Assembly (NCBI RefSeq): GCF_009914755.1
Contig: NC_060939.1
Reading direction: 5' to 3' (one strand)
DNA length: 64,000 nt
Source of the DNA: the human T2T-CHM13v2.0 reference genome, Homo sapiens
Position numbers and translations under genes: made by a program. The notes under the pieces were generated by a model. It saw only the letters and a list, made by a program, of their open reading frames with translations. It made no database searches and was not told the DNA's origin. Of this stretch, positions 52,815 through 64,000 are shown piece after piece (within the stretch, counting starts at the first letter, position 1; each line of letters starts with the position of its first letter).

Positions 52815-54645
52815 GAGAGTAATTTAAACAGCCCATGGATCAGATGCATTTAAACACAAATCACTCTTGGTGATAAGTTTTCACCTCCTTGCCCTGTAGT
52901 CTAGATTCTTAGTCATGTTGATGCCAAGAAACCAGCTAATTAAAATATTTTCATATTCAAGGCCTGATCTTTATAACAACGCATTCTGTTTGTGTGGGCT
53001 GTTTATTCAACATGTGCTTCTTGTTCCTGCACACGTCTAAATAATTTAGAATTCAACTTTTACCAGGATATGCTTTTTAGAGCCTTGGTAATTTGCATAT
53101 GTTATCTTCAACTCTGAAATTATTCTGGAAATTTACGTAAATTTAAAACCTTGTATTACTAGCTTATTTGCAGATCTGTGTGCTCTCTATGTACATGCAG
53201 TATGTCTCTTTTCATGTACATTGCCTAAGTAAAAGCAGCTGAGAAACAAAATATCTGAAGATCCTGCTTTTCTGTTTTCTCTGTGTTTGCATTTAGACTT
53301 TCTTAACTGCAGGCACTAAATTATGGGATTGACTTCTTGGACATTTGACCATAACTATTCTGCTGTGAATGAAATTTTGAATATTACTTCTATAAAATAA
53401 ACTTAGATTTCTTTTTTTTTTTTCTTTTATCAGTAGTAAACATCCTTAGTAGTATTGGGTAATGTTAATAAGGTGGTTTAGAAGAGAACTAAAGTTGGTA
53501 ATCAGTATAAAATAATTTCTAAAGTTTAGCTTATGGTTTCTGTTTTATATACACCCTTTTGGTAGGGGCTGGGGAAGTATAGCAGACAAGCCCTGTATTC
53601 CTGTGTAATCTTCAAATTCTTGGTAAATTTTTCAAAAAGCAGGCATTTCCAGCCATCTTACTGAAACCAAGTTGTAATGTGGGAAGCTGCTGATCCAGTA
53701 CTGCCTGCTCTTCCTTCCCTTGGCCCCTCACCCCTCACCCCAGAACCAGTTCAGGGGCTTAAGCAGCTGGTAACTGTTGACCTAGGTTTTCCGGTTTGAT
53801 GTGGGAAGGAATCAAGGGTGGGGGAGGCAGGGAACAAAACCAACCCCAAACACCATAGTCCAGCACTGGAGCTGTGTCTGTTTGGATTCCAGAATATGTC
53901 TTTTCAGTGCTCAGGATATCAATGGCATCTTTATCTCCTTAAGTGGTCTAGGTCAGGACATCACCACAGAGAAAAACAATAGCTTGAATCCCAAATTATT
54001 TAACAGTCAAAGACTTCTTCATAAAAATAATTGCTCCAGGAAAGGGAGATTTGTGTGACATTAGGCAGCCAAAGTGTCTTCCTGCCAGACCCTTTGCTCT
54101 TGGTGAACATGCTAGATCAGAGAGGTCAGTGTCCCCCCCGGCACCAATGGAGGGGGTTGTGACGATATTTCTGAAAGAGCAAATCGAGCCCAGAGCTAGC
54201 CTAGGGTAGAACTACTTGTTTCCTTTTATATCAGTTGCTTCCTTCTCCTCCTGCTTTATACAGCAAGAGAATTGTTTGGTTTTGGACAGATGTGTGTAAC
54301 CAGCCCAAATATTGGCATGGTAACAACTGATGGATTGTCAGTATCCAGTGCTGCTTTGTGGAGGGTATAAATGGAGCCTGGCCTGGCTTTGGAACAGAGG
54401 GCTGACTCTCTTGTGTAACTCAAACTGGGGCTCAGCCAGCATCCATGGGGGCTTGCTATGTGCCACAGAGGCCCTGAGGCAAAGTAGGAACTGGATTCTA
54501 AGATTGCATATAAAGCTTGGAGATGAAACAAGCATCCCTTCTTATCCAGGGTTCCTATGGCTTTTATGATTCCTGGTCAAATGTTAGCTGGATTGGCACT
54601 GCTTTGGTTTACAAGATAATCTTCTGCTTTCTTGTTCTCTCACAG

Positions 54646-54689
54646 GGGATGGTATGAATGCATATGTAGCCTACAAAGTTACAACACAG
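54646..54689 (+). CDS. SNX1: SNX1 exon 5 (PX domain)
   Basis: CACAG|GG acceptor; (G)DGMNAYVAYKVTTQ; CAG|GTGAGT donor; 44 nt. Confidence 0.97.
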
Positions 54690-55099
54690 GTGAGTCCAGG
54701 TGACCCTGCTGATGACCATCTTCATAGACTTTGGTGCTTATACCAAGGTCATCATTCAGATTATTTCTGGGTATCTCCTTTGTTTCTTTGCCAACATCTT
54801 CATGTTTACTCAAGATAGAGCAAGCCTGCATCCCCTTGGTAATCTCATCTGGGTACTCCAGACTGAGTCTTTTTAATACTCTTCCAGAAAGCTAACATTT
54901 CAGTGTGATTCTATTAACTCGTGGTATATCTGATACAGCCCCATCCCTCTTAGAGAACCATGTGGTTTGGAGCTAGATTCACAGATTGCCCTAAACCATC
55001 TTTTAAAATCTTCAATGCTTCTGAGGTTTCAGAGAGCTTTTTTAAATACTTAACCTTTTGCCCCTCTAGTCTGCTCTTCTTTTGTATATAATATTAATG

Positions 55100-56110
<1,011 letters not shown>

Positions 56111-56521
56111 AGCCCTAACTTTTTTGGTAGAAATCTGCTTTGTATTGTCTCTCTACTACTTGTTGGCCTGCGTCCTGTGAGCTCTAGATTATGATACTTT
56201 AGAGGTTACTGTCTACAGCTTAGACATTTCATCCAATTCCCACCCTGCTCATCACCTGCTTCCCCTTCTTAGAAGCACTTTTTGTCTGTCTTTAGTTTGG
56301 CTGCTGTAATTCCAGCAGCTAATACCCTTAAATAAGTCAATGAGGCTTGGCGCAGTGGCTCACGCCTGTAATCCCAGCACTTTGGGAGGCTGAGGCAGGT
56401 GGATCACCTGAGGTCAGGAGTTCGAGAGCAGCCCGGCCAACATGGTGAAACCCCATCTCTACTAAAAAACTATAAAAATTAGCTGGGCCTGGTGGCAGGA
56501 GCCTGTAATCCCAGCCACTCA

Positions 56522-56846
<325 letters not shown>

Positions 56847-57241
56847 TTACTATAGAATTCTAGCTTTAAACTAGAACTGAACATTTCTTTCTTTAGAACA
56901 AGAGTTCTTAACCTGGGAATGAAACTGTATTTGAATTTTTTTTTCTCAAGGGTCACCATGGCTTCAGATGTATTTGAATTTAATTGATTGCCTTTATAAT
57001 CCTATATATTTTTTGCATTTAAAATCATTATTCTGAGAAGAGCTCCTTAGGCTCCCAGACTGCCAAAGGGGAACTATAGTTTTAAAAAGTTTAAGACTCT
57101 CTGCCTTGGAGAAAGTTATTTGCCAGGTGACTGAAGGGCAGGGATCTGGGAAATGGGTTTCTTTAATGTCAATAGGATGACTTTCAAGATACCATCCCCT
57201 ATTTGGAATGAAATTGCCTTGTGTTTTTTCCTGTCCCCAAG

Positions 57242-57383
57242 ACAAGCTTACCATTGTTCAGAAGCAAACAGTTTGCAGTAAAAAGAAGATTTAGTGACTT
57301 TCTGGGTCTTTATGAGAAGCTTTCCGAGAAGCACTCTCAGAATGGCTTCATTGTCCCTCCGCCCCCGGAGAAGAGCCTCATAG
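57242..57383 (+). CDS. SNX1: SNX1 exon 6 (PX domain RRFSDF and PPPPEK motifs)
   Basis: CCCCAAG|ACA acceptor; [23 protein letters not shown]...[10 protein letters not shown](G); ATAG|GTAAG donor; 142 nt. Confidence 0.98.
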
Positions 57384-58336
57384 GTAAGCCTGTGGTCTTT
57401 CATTCCACTTGGATTGTTTTCCTTTGCATTCTCTCCAAAATTCACTCACTGTTCAGTATATGAGACTACTTCTATTAACAGTCTTGTGGTTAGAAAAGAG
57501 ACATTTCCAGTGTTTTCCTACACTGGAGGTCTAGAGAAAAATAGCATATTTTGGCATGTTCTCCTTGGGTGCAGTAGGAGCTCTGGGTTTAGCCTCCAGA
57601 GATGTTCGTTTGTTTTCTGTTGGTCTTCAGGAGTCTTACATGATTGCGGTTGCCTCCAGATTGAAATAGACTACATTGGATTAGGGGTCAGAGGAAGAAA
57701 CCTCTTCATTTTGTTTGTTTGTTTGGTTGGTTTTTTGGTTTTTGTTTGTTTGTTTGTTTTTGAGGTGGAGTCTCGCTCTGTCACCAGGTTGGAGTGCAGT
57801 GGCGCGATCTCAGCTCACTGAAACCTCCACCTTCCGGGTTCAAGAGATTCTCCTGCCTCAGCCTCCCGCTTAGCTGGGACTACAGGTGCCCGCCACCATG
57901 CCCAGCTAATTTTTGTATTTTTAGTAGAAACAGGGTTTTACCACGTTGGCCAGGATGGTCTTGATCTCTTGACCTCGTGGTCCGCCCGCCTTGGCCTCCC
58001 AAAGTGCTGGGATTACAGGTGTGTGCCACTGCGCCCGGCCAGGAGCCTCTTCATTAACATCAGTTGATGTTTGTACTCAGGGTTCCATGGCCGCCTTTTT
58101 AAGAAAATGTTTACTCTGCAAGTCCTAGAGTTTAGAACCTTCAGCACTTAGAGACTAGTTTTCAAAAGTGGCTCTCATGTAAAGAACCTTTTGTTCATCC
58201 CTGCATATAACATAGAAGTGGCCTTAGGCTGTGTGCTAGCCTCACTGCCTTTCCTCCTGTTGACACTTAAAAAAAAAAAAGATTTATCCTCTTCATGATG
58301 ATTTATGGTTATTTTGCTTTTTAAATTCCATTCTAG

Positions 58337-58415
58337 GGATGACAAAAGTGAAAGTTGGGAAGGAAGATTCTTCTTCTGCAGAATTTCTTGAAAAACGGAG
58401 GGCCGCTTTAGAAAG
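58337..58415 (+). CDS. SNX1: SNX1 exon 7 (PX domain)
   Basis: TTCTAG|GG acceptor; (G)[25 protein letters not shown](R); AAG|GTAAGT donor; 79 nt. Confidence 0.97.
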
Positions 58416-58893
58416 GTAAGTGCCATGCAGCCATTTTCCTGAATAATGTGAGGACAAATGAAAAGCTGAAAAGTGAGTCTAAATGACGAGACAGTCCATT
58501 GAGTTAGAGATGAAACGTGAATAAATTGAAGTTGCACACCTCCATATTATCTCTTAACTTTTCCTGAGTCGCTTATTTTCCCACCTTGAGAATAGACCAT
58601 CTTCTGTTTTTTCCCCATCCTGAGTGAGCAGGCAGTCATATTCTTAGACAATCAATCAAATATGAATGGCTCTGAGGTTTCTTTCTGACCAGTTATTTTT
58701 CCCTCCCTTTTTGGAAATGTCAGGAATGTGAACTTGAATATGCTTACAAGGAGAGACCTACTTAAGTACCTTATCTTAGGGTACTTTAAGTACAAAAAGT
58801 ACAGAAGACATGGTATCACTGCCAGCACTGTGTGACGCCCAGAACCTTCTGAGGCCAGCTCAACTAACCAGATGATAACTGCTTACCTTTTAG

Positions 58894-58969
58894 GTACCTT
58901 CAGAGGATTGTAAATCATCCTACCATGTTACAGGACCCTGACGTCAGAGAGTTCTTGGAAAAAGAAGAG
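58894..58969 (+). CDS. SNX1: SNX1 exon 8 (end of PX domain)
   Basis: TTTTAG|G acceptor; (R)[25 protein letters not shown]; GAG|GTTAGT donor; 76 nt. Confidence 0.97.
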
Positions 58970-59907
58970 GTTAGTATTCAGTGCAAACTGAATTTCATAA
59001 TTTATATCTGCCCCTAGTGAAACGAAACTAGTTCATTCCAAAAATATGTGAGCACTTAACATGCCTAGTACTAGACTGTATCCTAGTTTTGTGTGAACCC
59101 CTGAGAGTGACAAGTATTTTTCAGCCTTTGAAATAAAAGAAGCTCTGCCCGAAGTCAAAAGCAGTTGGTTGTAAGGGTCAAATAGCAGCCTAGTATTGTC
59201 TTACTGGATCAACACAGTGATCTATTTGGCAGGTCCTTGGCATGTTGTAGGTTACTTCTTGGCTCAGATTGAATGTATATTTTATGCCAGGCGGGTCACT
59301 GGTTAACAGTTACCACAAACCACAGAACTACCATGTAGGAAAAGTGTTGATTGAAGTAGACAGTCTCTTTCACAGGCTATGCGTAGGCTAGTCATGATTG
59401 TCAAAAACTGAAAACAGCCCAATTGCTAACAGTGGAAGAATTAAGTAAAATATATCAATATAACCAAATACTTGATTCTCATCATAAACAAAGTATACAG
59501 AAATGTTAGTACATGGACATGTATGTTAAAAGAATTACAAAATTTGAAACATGAAATAGCATATAAATACAGCTGTAGAAACATGTAAGTCATTAAGGAT
59601 CAAAAGAAACACTGGAGTGAAATGTTTTATCTCACAGGAAAGCAAACTAGAAGGAAGTAAGTGACTGGGTAGGGCTATCATTTTGCTTTAATTTTTATTT
59701 TTAAATTTTTCTTTCATTTGTATGTAGTATGTGTTACTCCAGTGAAGAAAATGATACTAAATAAATGAGGGGGTTTTCTCCTCTAAAATGAAATGTTTTC
59801 ATTAAAAATTCCCTGTCAAATGCTTCAAATCTTTTAGTCTTTTCTTGTGGATATTCTTAAATCCCTTCTGCCTTTTCACCCTCTCGTCTTTACTCCATAC
59901 CCCTAAG

Positions 59908-60548
<641 letters not shown>

Positions 60549-61078
60549 TCAGATTGTTTCTGAATATTTGGCATGCTTGACTACTAGGTTATCCCTGAAA
60601 GTAGCCTTGATCTGAATCAATAATTTTCTTGTCCTCGGATATTTGTTCACTGAAGAAAATTCGAACACAGCACGATTTCAGTGTCTTAAGACTTTTAAGT
60701 CTGGTTTTGTACAAAGTGTGCTAATCCAAGGGAACTTTTGACTTTTAACAAGAGTATGCTTGGTACTTAAGCAGTTCATGCCTGGGTAGGCAGACAATCT
60801 CAATTTGAGGTCACCTGGCCACGTAACACCCCAGTCTACTTTTTTTCTGTATAAAATATCAAAAGCTGAAAATGTTGCTGATTCTTTTTAACATGGTTCT
60901 TTGATTTTTCTGTATGGACATGTTAGTTGTGGATTCCTCAGACTGCCTTTGAAAACAATTTACAGTTCAAATAATTTGTCTGGCAAGTTTTGGCATGCCA
61001 TCTGATGGATACTAATTCTTCTGAACCTAAAATAGGGGCAGCAGATAACTTGCCATCCCTGCCTTCTTGGTCTTGTAG

Positions 61079-61192
61079 CTGCCACGTGCCGTGGGTACCC
61101 AGACATTGAGTGGTGCTGGTCTCCTCAAGATGTTCAACAAAGCCACAGATGCCGTCAGCAAAATGACCATCAAGATGAATGAATCAGACATT
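61079..61192 (+). CDS. SNX1: SNX1 exon 9 (PX-BAR linker / amphipathic helix)
   Basis: TTGTAG|CTG acceptor; [38 protein letters not shown]; ATT|GTGAGT donor; 114 nt. Confidence 0.97.
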
Positions 61193-61390
61193 GTGAGTAG
61201 CCCTGTGCCTCTTACCTCCACCTACACCTCAGGCTTATGGGTCAGAACCCCTAAGGAGTCCTGAAATTTCTGAGATTAGAAACTTTTTTATAAGATTTTT
61301 CAGTCCCTTTTTGAGAAACAACTGCTAAAGAAAGACTGTACTGCACCCATAAAAGTAATCTCATTAAAGTTCTGGGCTTTTGTGTTTCAG

Positions 61391-61484
61391 TGGTTTGAGG
61401 AGAAGCTCCAGGAGGTAGAGTGTGAGGAGCAGCGCTTACGGAAACTGCATGCTGTTGTAGAAACTCTAGTCAACCATAGGAAAG
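61391..61484 (+). CDS. SNX1: SNX1 exon 10 (BAR domain)
   Basis: TTTCAG|TGG acceptor; [31 protein letters not shown](E); AAG|GTAAC donor; 94 nt. Confidence 0.97.
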
Positions 61485-62000
61485 GTAACAAGCTCTGAAA
61501 TGCACTTGGAGCTAGGGGAAATTGTTGTCTCTAGTGAACTGGAGATGCGAGGGCATGCTGTTCCAATCCTCTCAGCCATCCAAGTTGAAATTCTCAGCCC
61601 ACCTGGTCCTTGATGTTCTGATAAAAAAAAGGTATGCCCTGTGTCTCCTGGCAGAAAACATGATTCAACCACTGTGGGCATTGTGCTTTCTACCTGGGAG
61701 GGGTGCAGGGAAGCCATCCCAGATACAGCATGACCTGGGATATGGGCTTCTGTTGATTTTGACTTGATGGCTTACATCCAAAATGATGTCATACATGCTT
61801 GAGCTACATGGTCAAACCAGCAATGCGTAAATGCAAGGAAACCACCTGTCTCCTAATCCTTCTGCATCTCTCTTTAGTGAAATTTGCTTAAGAGCTTGTG
61901 AAATTTTCCCAGTTTGAATCTTTTCCCTCTTTGCCTTAAACATGCTGATAATTAGAAATTGAAACAGACAGAAGACCCATAGCATGAGGCCAGGGTAAGT

Positions 62001-62439
62001 AAGGGTTGGCAAAGTATAATCTGGCCCATGGGCCAAATCTGACCCTGGTTCCTATTGCCATGAGCTACAAATTTAGGTTTTTACATTTTTAAAGGAATGA
62101 ATGAGGGGAGAAAAGAATCTGTAGCAGACTATGTGTAGCCTTCAAAATCTAAAAAATTTATTATTAGCCGGTCGCGGTGGCTCACGCCTGTAATCCCAGC
62201 AATTTGGGAGGCCGAGGCAGGTGGGTCACGAGGTCAGGAGTTCAAGGCCAGCCTGGCCAAGATGGTGAAACCCTGTCTCTGCTAAAAATAGAAAAAATTA
62301 GCCAGGTGTGGTGGTGGGCATCTGTAATCCCATCTGCTTGGGAGGCTGAGGCAGAGAATTGCTTGAACCCGGGAGGCGGAGGTTACAGTGAGCTGAGATG
62401 GCGCCACTGCACTCCTTTACACAAAGTTTGCCCTACTCT
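62001..62439 (+). mobile_element. MER58-type DNA transposon interrupted by a tail-less Alu (62166-62415)
   Basis: AGGGTTGGCAAA...GGCCCATGGGCCAAATCTG before the Alu; CCTTTACACAAAGTTTGCC after it. Confidence 0.7.
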
Positions 62440-62849
62440 AGAACGTGCAAGACTATACGATGTGCACATGTATTCACTCTTCTCTCTTGTACAGAGAGGC
62501 TACCACTCATGAGCTTCAACATAAATATAAGAATAGTTTCTTTGGCCTGTTTGTTATTTAACAACTGGGCTTTGGTTCTCCAGGGATATTGGAGCTGCTT
62601 CCTTCAGGTAGGCCTAACCCAGTGAAACTCAGGACAGCTGGTGCCTCTCCCTCCTGCTCCTGTGACCAGGCCACATTCTCTTTACTCTCTGAATACAGTT
62701 AACTGTGGTGTAAGTGACTGGGTTGCAGAGCCCTCAGTTCCCAGATATGCAGTGGGCGGCATTGCTAAGACATGCCATGCAGTGTCAGCTGATTTGTCCC
62801 TTTTCCTTGTGAGATCAGAGAGGCCTCTGCTGTCTTTTCCTCCTTCCAG

Positions 62850-63055
62850 AGCTAGCGCTGAACACAGCCCAGTTTGCAAAGAGTCTAGCCATGCTTGGGA
62901 GCTCTGAGGACAACACGGCATTGTCACGGGCACTCTCCCAGCTGGCTGAGGTGGAAGAAAAAATTGAGCAGCTCCACCAGGAACAGGCCAACAATGACTT
63001 CTTCCTCCTTGCTGAGCTCCTGAGTGACTACATTCGCCTCCTGGCCATAGTCCGC
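62850..63055 (+). CDS. SNX1: SNX1 exon 11 (BAR domain); gene continues beyond the window
   Basis: TTCCAG|AG acceptor; (E)[20 protein letters not shown]...[10 protein letters not shown]; CGC|GTAAG donor; 206 nt. Exons 1-11 sum to 1221 nt = 407 codons with no stop. Confidence 0.97.
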
Positions 63056-64000
63056 GTAAGCTTCTGTTTCCTTTTCTCCTCCTTCCCTTGATTTGATTTG
63101 TTTTTCCTTTGCTGGTCCCCTTCCCAAGACAGTTTCATCCCATTATAGCTTGTAAATAGGTGTCACTTTTTCTACTTTTAAGAGGAAAGGTATCCTGTAA
63201 ACCAAGCAATCTATTCACCTGTTAGCTAGTTATCACTGAATCATTTTGAGCCCCACAGCCAAGATTCCTAGATGGCATTTGGAGAAAAGACCACTCTTGA
63301 ATTTCCGAATAGGTTGCCCTTTATTGTTGAGGCCAGACAGTGTCTTCTGTGGTCCTTTCTTGAAGCAAGGTTGCTTACAGACCTACTCTCTTGGTCCCCT
63401 GGAGCAGTGACTTCCTCAGTCCTTTGGTCTTTGCCTCCTTAACAGTAACTGGTGGCTTTGCCCTGGTTAAGAGCTCTTGCTGACTTCCACTTGTCCTTCC
63501 AGTATGGGCAGTCAGGTAACTACATGGAACTGGCTTGGCATTGCATGGAGGAGTGCGGCCAGGGGACTGAGAGAGCTTGTCACCAGAGCCTTCCTGTGCT
63601 GTGTCACCCCACACTGGTAACATTCCAGCCTGCCCCTCGTCAAGCACCTCACTCTTTCTCCTGGTGATCAAGCAGTGTGGTTTCCCCGTGAGCACTCCTA
63701 GTGATTAAGGTTAAGGAATTTTGACAGTAGTATTAGCTGTCGCATGGCCTCCCTAAGACAGAGGAAAGAACCAAGAGGAAGCCTGGCACCTACACTCTAA
63801 GGGCCTAAGTCTGTCCTTGATTTCGCTTGGGATCAGGATGTGTGAGCCTCAGAGTTAGAACAGTGCCCCCCGCTCGTTCCCCGTCCCCAACATATCTCCC
63901 ATTAGGGAGCTTGTGCGTTGTGTCAGGAGCTGAGCTGCTCCCAGGCTGTCACTTACCCCGTGGTGGAGATGCCTCATAGAGCCTGGAAGGTTGCTCATTG

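Noticed and set aside
52860-54600. Long repeat-poor stretch in SNX1 intron 4 as a hidden exon or enhancer
   Set aside because: No convincing splice-site pair or recognisable RNA gene; conservation or chromatin data would be needed.
58880-58900. AG|GT at the start of SNX1 exon 8 as a recursive site, and GCTTACC as a U12 branch point
   Set aside because: GTACCT is a poor donor, the intron is short (478 nt), and its donor GTAAGT is U2-type.
58938-58947. Perfect CRE palindrome CTGACGTCAG in SNX1 exon 8
   Set aside because: Explained by Pro-Asp-Val-Arg codons; gene-body CpGs are usually methylated; no promoter context.

Overview
This is primate genomic DNA, almost certainly human; the protein sequences match the CIAO2A/SNX1 locus, which I recall lies at 15q22. 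It is very Alu-rich (about 60 copies or fragments) and holds two divergent spliced genes. (1) CIAO2A (FAM96A/CIA2A) is complete on the - strand: 5 coding exons, 24921->4089, 483 nt = 160 aa + stop, poly(A) signal at 3740-3745. (2) SNX1 (PX-BAR sorting nexin) is on the + strand: coding exons 1-11, 27167->63055, 1221 nt = 407 codons, running off the right edge. I read all exon boundaries from the sequence, and the phases sum correctly. The two CpG-island promoters are about 2.2 kb apart, with an Alu between them. Other content: two ERV1-class solo LTRs with 4-bp TSDs, MaLR LTRs, DNA-transposon relics (MER20, MER58, MER5, Tigger2a), old L1/L2/MIR fragments, a retroposed Y1 RNA pseudogene and an (AT)26 microsatellite. 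Most ORFs in the supplied track are Alu/L1 artefacts. I found no new multi-gene system. The best leads are regulatory: a strong-context overlapping uORF that straddles the CIAO2A start and stops 28 nt before a strong in-frame Met33; inverted Alus bracketing skippable cassettes in both genes; a GC-AG intron in SNX1; and an antisense LTR with an internal 4-copy repeat next to SNX1 exon 1. Repeat subfamily names come from memory of consensus sequences, and repeat boundaries are approximate unless TSDs are given.
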